A DNA stretch of 64,000 nucleotides, taken from contig JAUCBJ010000472.1 in assembly GCA_032718475.1 (NCBI GenBank), positions 35,039-99,038 of the forward strand, in the 5' to 3' direction. A program made the translations under genes and the position numbers. This DNA comes from Nemertoderma westbladi (taxonomy: Eukaryota > Animalia > Xenacoelomorpha). Below are positions 37,601-52,600 of this stretch, in pieces; position 1 is the stretch's first letter, and each line of letters begins with the position of its first letter. The notes beneath the pieces are model-generated. The model ran no database searches. It was not told the DNA's origin and saw nothing but the letters and a program-made list of their open reading frames with translations.

Positions 37601-40600
37601 GTACCAACTACAATAACAACTGGAATAAACGAGTAGTGAATGGGTAGGTGTACCAACTACAATAACAACTGGAATGAACGAGTAGTGAATGGGTAGGTGT
37701 ACCAACTACAATAACAACTGGAATAAACGAGTAGTGAATGGGTAGGTGTTCCAACTACAATAACAACTGGAATAAACGAGTAGTGAATGGGTAGATGTTC
37801 AGAATTACAATAACAACTGGAATGAACGAGTAGTGAATGGGTAGGTGTACCAACTACAATAACAACTGGAATAAACGAGTAGTGAATGGGTAGGTGTACC
37901 AACTACAATAACAACTGGAATAAACGAGTAGTGAATGGGTAGATGTTCAGAATTACAATAACAACTGGAATGAACGAGTAGTGAATGGGTAGGTGTACCA
38001 ACTACAATAACAACTGGAATAAACGAGTAGTGAATGGGTAGATGTTCAGAATTACAATAACAACTGGAATGAACGAGTAGTGAATGGGTAGGTGTACCAA
38101 ATACAATAACAACTGGAATAAACGAGTAGTGAATGGGTAGGTGTACCAACTACAATAACAACTGGAATAAACGAGTAGTGAATGGGTAGATGTTCAGAAT
38201 TACAATAACAACTGGAATAAACGAGTAGTGAATGGGTAGGTGTACCAACTACAATAACAACTGGAATAAACGAGTAGTGAATGGGTAGATGTTCAGAATT
38301 ACAATAACAACTGGAATGAACGAGTAGTGAATGGGTAGGTGTACCAACTACAATAACAACTGGAATAAACGAGTAGTGAATGGGTAGGTGTACCAACTAC
38401 AATAACAACTGGAATAAACGAGTAGTGAATGGGTAGGTGTTCCAACTACAATAACAACTGGAATAAACGAGTAGTGAATGGGTAGGTGTTCCAACTACAA
38501 TAACAACTGGAATAAACGAGTAGTGAATGGGTAGATGTTCAGAATTACAATAACAACTGGAATGAACGAGTAGTGAATGGGTAGGTGTACCAACTACAAT
38601 AACAACTGGAATAAACGAGTAGTGAATGGGTAGGTGTACCAACTACAATAACAACTGGAATAAACGAGTAGTGAATGGGTAGGTGTACCAACTACAATAA
38701 CAACTGGAATAAACGAGTAGTGAATGGGTAGGTGTACCAACTACAATAACAACTGGAATAAACGAGTAGTGAATGGGTAGGTGTACCAACTACAATAACA
38801 ACTGGAATAAACGAGTAGTGAATGGGTAGGTGTACCAACTACAATAACAACTGGAATAAACGAGTAGTGAATGGGTAGATGTTCAGAATTACAATAACAA
38901 CTGGAATGAACGAGTAGTGAATGGGTAGGTGTACCAACTACAATAACAACTGGAATAAACGAGTAGTGAATGGGTAGGTGTACCAACTACAATAACAACT
39001 GGAATAAACGAGTAGTGAATGGGTAGGTGTTCCAACTACAATAACAACTGGAATAAACGAGTAGTGAATGGGTAGGTGTTCCAACTACAATAACAACTGG
39101 AATAAACGAGTAGTGAATGGGTAGGTGTACCAACTACAATAACAACTGGAATAAACGAGTAGTGAATGGGTAGGTGTTCAGAATTACAATAACAACTGGA
39201 ATGAACGAGTAGTGAATGGGTAGGTGTACCAACTACAATAACAACTGGAATAAACGAGTAGTGAATGGGTAGGTGTACCAACTACAATAACAACTGGAAT
39301 AAACGAGTAGTGAATGGGTAGATGTTCAGAATTACAATAACAACTGGAATGAACGAGTAGTGAATGGGTAGGTGTACCAACTACAATAACAACTGGAATA
39401 AACGAGTAGTGAATGGGTAGGTGTACCAACTACAATAACAACTGGAATAAACGAGTAGTGAATGGGTAGGTGTTCCAACTACAATAACAACTGGAATAAA
39501 CGAGTAGTGAATGGGTAGGTGTACCAACTACAATAACAACTGGAATAAACGAGTAGTGAATGGGTAGGTGTACCAACTACAATAACAACTGGAATAAACG
39601 AGTAGTGAATGGGTAGGTGTACCAACTACAATAACAACTGGAATAAACGAGTAGTGAATGGGTAGGTGTTCCAACTACAATAACAACTGGAATAAACGAG
39701 TAGTGAATGGGTAGATGTTCAGAATTACAATAACAACTGGAATGAACGAGTAGTGAATGGGTAGGTGTACCAACTACAATAACAACTGGAATAAACGAGT
39801 AGTGAATGGGTAGGTGTACCAACTACAATAACAACTGGAATAAACGAGTAGTGAATGGGTAGGTGTACCAACTACAATAACAACTGGAATAAACGAGTAG
39901 TGAATGGGTAGGTGTTCCAACTACAATAACAACTGGAATAAACGAGTAGTGAATGGGTAGGTGTACCAACTACAATAACAACTGGAATAAACGAGTAGTG
40001 AATGGGTAGGTGTTCCAACTACAATAACAACTGGAATAAACGAGTAGTGAATGGGTAGGTGTACCAACTACAATAACAACTGGAATAAACGAGTAGTGAA
40101 TGGGTAGGTGTACCAACTACAATAACAACTGGAATAAACGAGTAGTGAATGGGTAGGTGTTCCAACTACAATAACAACTGGAATAAACGAGTAGTGAATG
40201 GGTAGGTGTTCCAACTACAATAACAACTGGAATAAACGAGTAGTGAATGGGTAGGTGTTCCAACTACAATAACAACTGGAATAAACGAGTAGTGAATGGG
40301 TAGGTGTACCAACTACAATAACAACTGGAATGAACGAGTAGTGAATGGGTAGGTGTTCCAACTACAATAACAACTGGAATAAACGAGTAGTGAATGGGTA
40401 GGTGTACCAACTACAATAACAACTGGAATAAACGAGTAGTGAATGGGTAGGTGTACCAACTACAATAACAACTGGAATAAACGAGTAGTGAATGGGTAGA
40501 TGTTCAGAATTACAATAACAACTGGAATGAACGAGTAGTGAATGGGTAGGTGTACCAACTACAATAACAACTGGAATAAACGAGTAGTGAATGGGTAGGT

Positions 40601-43600
40601 GTACCAACTACAATAACAACTGGAATAAACGAGTAGTGAATGGGTAGGTGTACCAACTACAATAACAACTGGAATAAACGAGTAGTGAATGGGTAGATGT
40701 TCAGAATTACAATAACAACTGGAATAAACGAGTAGTGAATGGGTAGGTGTTCCAACTACAATAACAACTGGAATAAACGAGTAGTGAATGGGTAGGTGTA
40801 CCAACTACAATAACAACTGGAATGAACGAGTAGTGAATGGGTAGGTGTTCCAACTACAATAACAACTGGAATAAACGAGTAGTGAATGGGTAGGTGTACC
40901 AACTACAATAACAACTGGAATAAACGAGTAGTGAATGGGTAGGTGTACCAACTACAATAACAACTGGAATAAACGAGTAGTGAATGGGTAGATGTTCAGA
41001 ATTACAATAACAACTGGAATGAACGAGTAGTGAATGGGTAGGTGTACCAACTACAATAACAACTGGAATAAACGAGTAGTGAATGGGTAGGTGTACCAAC
41101 TACAATAACAACTGGAATAAACGAGTAGTGAATGGGTAGGTGTACCAACTACAATAACAACTGGAATAAACGAGTAGTGAATGGGTAGGTGTACCAACTA
41201 CAATAACAACTGGAATAAACGAGTAGTGAATGGGTAGATGTTCAGAATTACAATAACAACTGGAATGAACGAGTAGTGAATGGGTAGGTGTACCAACTAC
41301 AATAACAACTGGAATAAACGAGTAGTGAATGGGTAGGTGTTCCAACTACAATAACAACTGGAATAAACGAGTAGTGAATGGGTAGGTGTTCCAACTACAA
41401 TAACAACTGGAATAAACGAGTAGTGAATGGGTAGGTGTTCCAACTACAATAACAACTGGAATAAACGAGTAGTGAATGGGTAGGTGTACCAACTACAATA
41501 ACAACTGGAATGAACGAGTAGTGAATGGGTAGGTGTTCCAACTACAATAACAACTGGAATAAACGAGTAGTGAATGGGTAGGTGTACCAACTACAATAAC
41601 AACTGGAATAAACGAGTAGTGAATGGGTAGGTGTACCAACTACAATAACAACTGGAATAAACGAGTAGTGAATGGGTAGGTGTACCAACTACAATAACAA
41701 CTGGAATAAACGAGTAGTGAATGGGTAGGTGTACCAACTACAATAACAACTGGAATAAACGAGTAGTGAATGGGTAGGTGTACCAACTACAATAACAACT
41801 GGAATAAACGAGTAGTGAATGGGTAGGTGTACCAACTACAATAACAACTGGAATAAACGAGTAGTGAATGGGTAGGTGTACCAACTACAATAACAACTGG
41901 AATAAACGAGTAGTGAATGGGTAGGTGTACCAACTACAATAACAACTGGAATAAACGAGTAGTGAATGGGTAGGTGTACCAACTACAATAACAACTGGAA
42001 TAAACGAGTAGTGAATGGGTAGATGTTCCGAACTACAATAACAACTGGAATAAACGAGTAGTGAATGGGTAGGTGTACCAACTACAATAACAACTGGAAT
42101 GAACGAGTAGTGAATGGGTAGGTGTACCAACTACAATAACAACTGGAATAAACGAGTAGTGAATGGGTAGGTGTACCAACTACAATAACAACTGGAATAA
42201 ACGAGTAGTGAATGGGTAGGTGTACCAACTACAATAACAACTGGAATAAACGAGTAGTGAATGGGTAGGTGTACCAACTACAATAACAACTGGAATAAAC
42301 GAGTAGTGAATGGGTAGATGTTCAGAATTACAATAACAACTGGAATGAACGAGTAGTGAATGGGTAGGTGTACCAACTACAATAACAACTGGAATAAACG
42401 AGTAGTGAATGGGTAGGTGTTCCAACTACAATAACAACTGGAATAAACGAGTAGTGAATGGGTAGGTGTTCCAACTACAATAACAACTGGAATAAACGAG
42501 TAGTGAATGGGTAGGTGTTCCAACTACAATAACAACTGGAATAAACGAGTAGTGAATGGGTAGGTGTACCAACTACAATAACAACTGGAATAAACGAGTA
42601 GTGAATGGGTAGGTGTACCAACTACAATAACAACTGGAATAAACGAGTAGTGAATGGGTAGGTGTACCAACTACAATAACAACTGGAATAAACGAGTAGT
42701 GAATGGGTAGGTGTACCAACTACAATAACAACTGGAATAAACGAGTAGTGAATGGGTAGGTGTACCAACTACAATAACAACTGGAATAAACGAGTAGTGA
42801 ATGGGTAGATGTTCCGAACTACAATAACAACTGGAATAAACGAGTAGTGAATGGGTAGGTGTACCAACTACAATAACAACTGGAATAAACGAGTAGTGAA
42901 TGGGTAGATGTTCCAGACTTACAATAACAACTGGAATAAACGAGTAGTGAATGGGTAGGTGTACCAACTACAATAACAACTGGAATAAACGAGTAGTGAA
43001 TGGGTAGGTGTACCAACTACAATAACAACTGGAATAAACGAGTAGTGAATGGGTAGGTGTACCAACTACAATAACAACTGGAATAAACGAGTAGTGAATG
43101 GGTAGGTGTACCAACTACAATAACAACTGGAATAAACGAGTAGTGAATGGGTAGGTGTACCAACTACAATAACAACTGGAATAAACGAGTAGTGAATGGG
43201 TAGGTGTACCAACTACAATAACAACTGGAATGAACGAGTAGTGAATGGGTAGGTGTACCAACTACAATAACAACTGGAATAAACGAGTAGTGAATGGGTA
43301 GGTGTACCAACTACAATAACAACTGGAATAAACGAGTAGTGAATGGGTAGGTGTACCAACTACAATAACAACTGGAATAAACGAGTAGTGAATGGGTAGG
43401 TGTACCAACTACAATAACAACTGGAATAAACGAGTAGTGAATGGGTAGGTGTACCAACTACAATAACAACTGGAATAAACGAGTAGTGAATGGGTAGGTG
43501 TACCAACTACAATAACAACTGGAATAAACGAGTAGTGAATGGGTAGGTGTACCAACTACAATAACAACTGGAATAAACGAGTAGTGAATGGGTAGGTGTA

Positions 43601-46600
43601 CCAACTACAATAACAACTGGAATGAACGAGTAGTGAATGGGTAGGTGTACCAACTACAATAACAACTGGAATAAACGAGTAGTGAATGGGTAGGTGTACC
43701 AACTACAATAACAACTGGAATAAACGAGTAGTGAATGGGTAGGTGTACCAACTACAATAACAACTGGAATAAACGAGTAGTGAATGGGTAGGTGTACCAA
43801 CTACAATAACAACTGGAATAAACGAGTAGTGAATGGGTAGGTGTACCAACTACAATAACAACTGGAATAAACGAGTAGTGAATGGGTAGGTGTACCAACT
43901 ACAATAACAACTGGAATAAACGAGTAGTGAATGGGTAGGTGTACCAACTACAATAACAACTGGAATAAACGAGTAGTGAATGGGTAGGTGTACCAACTAC
44001 AATAACAACTGGAATAAACGAGTAGTGAATGGGTAGGTGTACCAACTACAATAACAACTGGAATAAACGAGTAGTGAATGGGTAGATGTTCAGAATTACA
44101 ATAACAACTGGAATGAACGAGTAGTGAATGGGTAGGTGTACCAACTACAATAACAACTGGAATAAACGAGTAGTGAATGGGTAGGTGTTCCAACTACAAT
44201 AACAACTGGAATAAACGAGTAGTGAATGGGTAGGTGTTCCAACTACAATAACAACTGGAATAAACGAGTAGTGAATGGGTAGGTGTTCCAACTACAATAA
44301 CAACTGGAATAAACGAGTAGTGAATGGGTAGATGTTCAGAATTACAATAACAACTGGAATGAACGAGTAGTGAATGGGTAGGTGTACCAACTACAATAAC
44401 AACTGGAATAAACGAGTAGTGAATGGGTAGGTGTTCCAACTACAATAACAACTGGAATAAACGAGTAGTGAATGGGTAGGTGTTCCAACTACAATAACAA
44501 CTGGAATAAACGAGTAGTGAATGGGTAGATGTTCAGAATTACAATAACAACTGGAATGAACGAGTAGTGAATGGGTAGGTGTACCAACTACAATAACAAC
44601 TGGAATAAACGAGTAGTGAATGGGTAGGTGTACCAACTACAATAACAACTGGAATAAACGAGTAGTGAATGGGTAGATGTTCAGAATTACAATAACAACT
44701 GGAATGAACGAGTAGTGAATGGGTAGGTGTACCAACTACAATAACAACTGGAATAAACGAGTAGTGAATGGGTAGATGTTCAGAATTACAATAACAACTG
44801 GAATGAACGAGTAGTGAATGGGTAGGTGTACCAACTACAATAACAACTGGAATAAACGAGTAGTGAATGGGTAGGTGTTCCAACTACAATAACAACTGGA
44901 ATAAACGAGTAGTGAATGGGTAGGTGTTCCAACTACAATAACAACTGGAATAAACGAGTAGTGAATGGGTAGGTGTTCCAACTACAATAACAACTGGAAT
45001 AAACGAGTAGTGAATGGGTAGGTGTACCAACTACAATAACAACTGGAATAAACGAGTAGTGAATGGGTAGGTGTTCCAACTACAATAACAACTGGAATAA
45101 ACGAGTAGTGAATGGGTAGGTGTACCAACTACAATAACAACTGGAATAAACGAGTAGTGAATGGGTAGGTGTACCAACTACAATAACAACTGGAATAAAC
45201 GAGTAGTGAATGGGTAGATGTTCAGAATTACAATAACAACTGGAATGAACGAGTAGTGAATGGGTAGGTGTACCAACTACAATAACAACTGGAATAAACG
45301 AGTAGTGAATGGGTAGGTGTTCCAACTACAATAACAACTGGAATAAACGAGTAGTGAATGGGTAGATGTTCAGAATTACAATAACAACTGGAATGAACGA
45401 GTAGTGAATGGGTAGGTGTACCAACTACAATAACAACTGGAATAAACGAGTAGTGAATGGGTAGGTGTTCCAACTACAATAACAACTGGAATAAACGAGT
45501 AGTGAATGGGTAGGTGTACCAACTACAATAACAACTGGAATAAACGAGTAGTGAATGGGTAGGTGTACCAACTACAATAACAACTGGAATAAACGAGTAG
45601 TGAATGGGTAGATGTTCAGAATTACAATAACAACTGGAATGAACGAGTAGTGAATGGGTAGGTGTACCAACTACAATAACAACTGGAATAAACGAGTAGT
45701 GAATGGGTAGGTGTTCCAACTACAATAACAACTGGAATAAACGAGTAGTGAATGGGTAGGTGTTCCAACTACAATAACAACTGGAATAAACGAGTAGTGA
45801 ATGGGTAGGTGTTCCAACTACAATAACAACTGGAATAAACGAGTAGTGAATGGGTAGGTGTACCAACTACAATAACAACTGGAATGAACGAGTAGTGAAT
45901 GGGTAGGTGTTCCAACTACAATAACAACTGGAATAAACGAGTAGTGAATGGGTAGGTGTACCAACTACAATAACAACTGGAATAAACGAGTAGTGAATGG
46001 GTAGGTGTACCAACTACAATAACAACTGGAATAAACGAGTAGTGAATGGGTAGGTGTACCAACTACAATAACAACTGGAATAAACGAGTAGTGAATGGGT
46101 AGGTGTACCAACTACAATAACAACTGGAATAAACGAGTAGTGAATGGGTAGGTGTTCCAACTACAATAACAACTGGAATAAACGAGTAGTGAATGGGTAG
46201 GTGTACCAACTACAATAACAACTGGAATAAACGAGTAGTGAATGGGTAGGTGTACCAACTACAATAACAACTGGAATAAACGAGTAGTGAATGGGTAGGT
46301 GTACCAACTACAATAACAACTGGAATAAACGAGTAGTGAATGGGTAGGTGTACCAACTACAATAACAACTGGAATAAACGAGTAGTGAATGGGTAGGTGT
46401 ACCAACTACAATAACAACTGGAATAAACGAGTAGTGAATGGGTAGATGTTCAGAATTACAATAACAACTGGAATGAACGAGTAGTGAATGGGTAGGTGTA
46501 CCAACTACAATAACAACTGGAATAAACGAGTAGTGAATGGGTAGGTGTACCAACTACAATAACAACTGGAATAAACGAGTAGTGAATGGGTAGGTGTACC

Positions 46601-49600
46601 AACTACAATAACAACTGGAATAAACGAGTAGTGAATGGGTAGATGTTCAGAATTACAATAACAACTGGAATGAACGAGTAGTGAATGGGTAGGTGTACCA
46701 ACTACAATAACAACTGGAATAAACGAGTAGTGAATGGGTAGGTGTACCAACTACAATAACAACTGGAATAAACGAGTAGTGAATGGGTAGGTGTACCAAC
46801 TACAATAACAACTGGAATAAACGAGTAGTGAATGGGTAGGTGTACCAACTACAATAACAACTGGAATAAACGAGTAGTGAATGGGTAGGTGTACCAACTA
46901 CAATAACAACTGGAATAAACGAGTAGTGAATGGGTAGGTGTACCAACTACAATAACAACTGGAATAAACGAGTAGTGAATGGGTAGGTGTACCAACTACA
47001 ATAACAACTGGAATAAACGAGTAGTGAATGGGTAGATGTTCAGAATTACAATAACAACTGGAATGAACGAGTAGTGAATGGGTAGGTGTACCAACTACAA
47101 TAACAACTGGAATAAACGAGTAGTGAATGGGTAGGTGTACCAACTACAATAACAACTGGAATAAACGAGTAGTGAATGGGTAGGTGTACCAACTACAATA
47201 ACAACTGGAATAAACGAGTAGTGAATGGGTAGGTGTACCAACTACAATAACAACTGGAATAAACGAGTAGTGAATGGGTAGGTGTACCAACTACAATAAC
47301 AACTGGAATAAACGAGTAGTGAATGGGTAGATGTTCAGAATTACAATAACAACTGGAATGAACGAGTAGTGAATGGGTAGGTGTACCAACTACAATAACA
47401 ACTGGAATAAACGAGTAGTGAATGGGTAGGTGTACCAACTACAATAACAACTGGAATAAACGAGTAGTGAATGGGTAGGTGTTCCAACTACAATAACAAC
47501 TGGAATAAACGAGTAGTGAATGGGTAGGTGTTCCAACTACAATAACAACTGGAATAAACGAGTAGTGAATGGGTAGGTGTTCCAACTACAATAACAACTG
47601 GAATAAACGAGTAGTGAATGGGTAGATGTTCAGAATTACAATAACAACTGGAATGAACGAGTAGTGAATGGGTAGGTGTACCAACTACAATAACAACTGG
47701 AATAAACGAGTAGTGAATGGGTAGGTGTTCCAACTACAATAACAACTGGAATAAACGAGTAGTGAATGGGTAGGTGTTCCAACTACAATAACAACTGGAA
47801 TAAACGAGTAGTGAATGGGTAGGTGTTCCAACTACAATAACAACTGGAATAAACGAGTAGTGAATGGGTAGATGTTCAGAATTACAATAACAACTGGAAT
47901 GAACGAGTAGTGAATGGGTAGGTGTACCAACTACAATAACAACTGGAATGAACGAGTAGTGAATGGGTAGGTGTACCAACTACAATAACAACTGGAATAA
48001 ACGAGTAGTGAATGGGTAGATGTTCAGAATTACAATAACAACTGGAATGAACGAGTAGTGAATGGGTAGGTGTACCAACTACAATAACAACTGGAATAAA
48101 CGAGTAGTGAATGGGTAGGTGTACCAACTACAATAACAACTGGAATAAACGAGTAGTGAATGGGTAGGTGTACCAACTACAATAACAACTGGAATAAACG
48201 AGTAGTGAATGGGTAGGTGTACCAACTACAATAACAACTGGAATAAACGAGTAGTGAATGGGTAGGTGTACCAACTACAATAACAACTGGAATAAACGAG
48301 TAGTGAATGGGTAGGTGTTCCAACTACAATAACAACTGGAATAAACGAGTAGTGAATGGGTAGGTGTTCCAACTACAATAACAACTGGAATAAACGAGTA
48401 GTGAATGGGTAGGTGTTCCAACTACAATAACAACTGGAATAAACGAGTAGTGAATGGGTAGGTGTACAGAATTACAATAACAACTGGAATAAACGAGTAG
48501 TGAATGGGTAGGTGTACCAACTACAATAACAACTGGAATAAACGAGTAGTGAATGGGTAGGTGTACCAACTACAATAACAACTGGAATAAACGAGTAGTG
48601 AATGGGTAGATGTTCAGAATTACAATAACAACTGGAATGAACGAGTAGTGAATGGGTAGGTGTACCAACTACAATAACAACTGGAATAAACGAGTAGTGA
48701 ATGGGTAGGTGTACCAACTACAATAACAACTGGAATAAACGAGTAGTGAATGGGTAGGTGTTCCAACTACAATAACAACTGGAATAAACGAGTAGTGAAT
48801 GGGTAGGTGTTCCAACTACAATAACAACTGGAATAAACGAGTAGTGAATGGGTAGGTGTTCCAACTACAATAACAACTGGAATAAACGAGTAGTGAATGG
48901 GTAGATGTTCAGAATTACAATAACAACTGGAATGAACGAGTAGTGAATGGGTAGGTGTACCAACTACAATAACAACTGGAATAAACGAGTAGTGAATGGG
49001 TAGATGTTCAGAATTACAATAACAACTGGAATGAACGAGTAGTGAATGGGTAGGTGTACCAACTACAATAACAACTGGAATAAACGAGTAGTGAATGGGT
49101 AGGTGTACCAACTACAATAACAACTGGAATAAACGAGTAGTGAATGGGTAGGTGTACCAACTACAATAACAACTGGAATAAACGAGTAGTGAATGGGTAG
49201 ATGTTCAGAATTACAATAACAACTGGAATGAACGAGTAGTGAATGGGTAGGTGTACCAACTACAATAACAACTGGAATAAACGAGTAGTGAATGGGTAGG
49301 TGTACCAACTACAATAACAACTGGAATAAACGAGTAGTGAATGGGTAGATGTTCAGAATTACAATAACAACTGGAATGAACGAGTAGTGAATGGGTAGGT
49401 GTTCCAACTACAATAACAACTGGAATAAACGAGTAGTGAATGGGTAGGTGTACCAACTACAATAACAACTGGAATGAACGAGTAGTGAATGGGTAGGTGT
49501 ACCAACTACAATAACAACTGGAATAAACGAGTAGTGAATGGGTAGATGTTCAGAATTACAATAACAACTGGAATGAACGAGTAGTGAATGGGTAGGTGTA

Positions 49601-52600
49601 CCAACTACAATAACAACTGGAATAAACGAGTAGTGAATGGGTAGGTGTACCAACTACAATAACAACTGGAATAAACGAGTAGTGAATGGGTAGGTGTACC
49701 AACTACAATAACAACTGGAATAAACGAGTAGTGAATGGGTAGGTGTACCAACTACAATAACAACTGGAATAAACGAGTAGTGAATGGGTAGGTGTACCAA
49801 CTACAATAACAACTGGAATAAACGAGTAGTGAATGGGTAGATGTTCAGAATTACAATAACAACTGGAATGAACGAGTAGTGAATGGGTAGGTGTACCAAC
49901 TACAATAACAACTGGAATAAACGAGTAGTGAATGGGTAGGTGTACCAACTACAATAACAACTGGAATAAACGAGTAGTGAATGGGTAGGTGTACCAACTA
50001 CAATAACAACTGGAATAAACGAGTAGTGAATGGGTAGATGTTCAGAATTACAATAACAACTGGAATGAACGAGTAGTGAATGGGTAGGTGTACCAACTAC
50101 AATAACAACTGGAATAAACGAGTAGTGAATGGGTAGGTGTACCAACTACAATAACAACTGGAATAAACGAGTAGTGAATGGGTAGGTGTTCCAACTACAA
50201 TAACAACTGGAATAAACGAGTAGTGAATGGGTAGGTGTTCCAACTACAATAACAACTGGAATAAACGAGTAGTGAATGGGTAGGTGTTCCAACTACAATA
50301 ACAACTGGAATAAACGAGTAGTGAATGGGTAGATGTTCAGAATTACAATAACAACTGGAATGAACGAGTAGTGAATGGGTAGGTGTACCAACTACAATAA
50401 CAACTGGAATAAACGAGTAGTGAATGGGTAGGTGTTCCAACTACAATAACAACTGGAATAAACGAGTAGTGAATGGGTAGGTGTTCCAACTACAATAACA
50501 ACTGGAATAAACGAGTAGTGAATGGGTAGGTGTTCCAACTACAATAACAACTGGAATAAACGAGTAGTGAATGGGTAGGTGTACAGAATTACAATAACAA
50601 CTGGAATAAACGAGTAGTGAATGGGTAGGTGTACCAACTACAATAACAACTGGAATAAACGAGTAGTGAATGGGTAGGTGTACCAACTACAATAACAACT
50701 GGAATAAACGAGTAGTGAATGGGTAGATGTTCAGAATTACAATAACAACTGGAATGAACGAGTAGTGAATGGGTAGGTGTACCAACTACAATAACAACTG
50801 GAATAAACGAGTAGTGAATGGGTAGGTGTACCAACTACAATAACAACTGGAATAAACGAGTAGTGAATGGGTAGGTGTTCCAACTACAATAACAACTGGA
50901 ATAAACGAGTAGTGAATGGGTAGGTGTTCCAACTACAATAACAACTGGAATAAACGAGTAGTGAATGGGTAGGTGTTCCAACTACAATAACAACTGGAAT
51001 AAACGAGTAGTGAATGGGTAGATGTTCAGAATTACAATAACAACTGGAATGAACGAGTAGTGAATGGGTAGGTGTACCAACTACAATAACAACTGGAATA
51101 AACGAGTAGTGAATGGGTAGGTGTACCAACTACAATAACAACTGGAATAAACGAGTAGTGAATGGGTAGGTGTACCAACTACAATAACAACTGGAATAAA
51201 CGAGTAGTGAATGGGTAGATGTTCAGAATTACAATAACAACTGGAATGAACGAGTAGTGAATGGGTAGGTGTTCCAACTACAATAACAACTGGAATAAAC
51301 GAGTAGTGAATGGGTAGGTGTACCAACTACAATAACAACTGGAATGAACGAGTAGTGAATGGGTAGGTGTACCAACTACAATAACAACTGGAATGAACGA
51401 GTAGTGAATGGGTAGGTGTACCAACTACAATAACAACTGGAATGAACGAGTAGTGAATGGGTAGGTGTACCAACTACAATAACAACTGGAATAAACGAGT
51501 AGTGAATGGGTAGATGTTCAGAATTACAATAACAACTGGAATGAACGAGTAGTGAATGGGTAGGTGTACCAACTACAATAACAACTGGAATAAACGAGTA
51601 GTGAATGGGTAGATGTTCAGAATTACAATAACAACTGGAATGAACGAGTAGTGAATGGGTAGGTGTACCAACTACAATAACAACTGGAATAAACGAGTAG
51701 TGAATGGGTAGGTGTACCAACTACAATAACAACTGGAATAAACGAGTAGTGAATGGGTAGGTGTACCAACTACAATAACAACTGGAATGAACGAGTAGTG
51801 AATGGGTAGATGTTCAGAATTACAATAACAACTGGAATGGACGAGTAGTGAATGGGTAGGTGTACCAACTACAATAACAACTGGAATGAACGAGTAGTGA
51901 ATGGGTAGATGTTCAGAATTACAATAACAACTGGAATGAACGAGTAGTGAATGGGTAGGTGTACCAACTACAATAACAACTGGAATAAACGAGTAGTGAA
52001 TGGGTAGGTGTACCAACTACAATAACAACTGGAATGAACGAGTAGTGAATGGGTAGGTGTACCAACTACAATAACAACTGGAATGGACGAGTAGTGAATG
52101 GGTAGATGTTCAGAATTACAATAACAACTGGAATGAACGAGTAGTGAATGGGTAGGTGTACCAACTACAATAACAACTGGAATAAACGAGTAGTGAATGG
52201 GTAGGTGTACCAACTACAATAACAACTGGAATAAACGAGTAGTGAATGGGTAGGTGTACCAACTACAATAACAACTGGAATAAACGAGTAGTGAATGGGT
52301 AGGTGTACCAACTACAATAACAACTGGAATGAACGAGTAGTGAATGGGTAGATGTTCAGAATTACAATAACAACTGGAATGGACGAGTAGTGAATGGGTA
52401 GGTGTACCAACTACAATAACAACTGGAATAAACGAGTAGTGAATGGGTAGGTGTACCAACTACAATAACAACTGGAATAAACGAGTAGTGAATGGGTAGG
52501 TGTACCAACTACAATAACAACTGGAATAAACGAGTAGTGAATGGGTAGGTGTACCAACTACAATAACAACTGGAATAAACGAGTAGTGAATGGGTAGGTG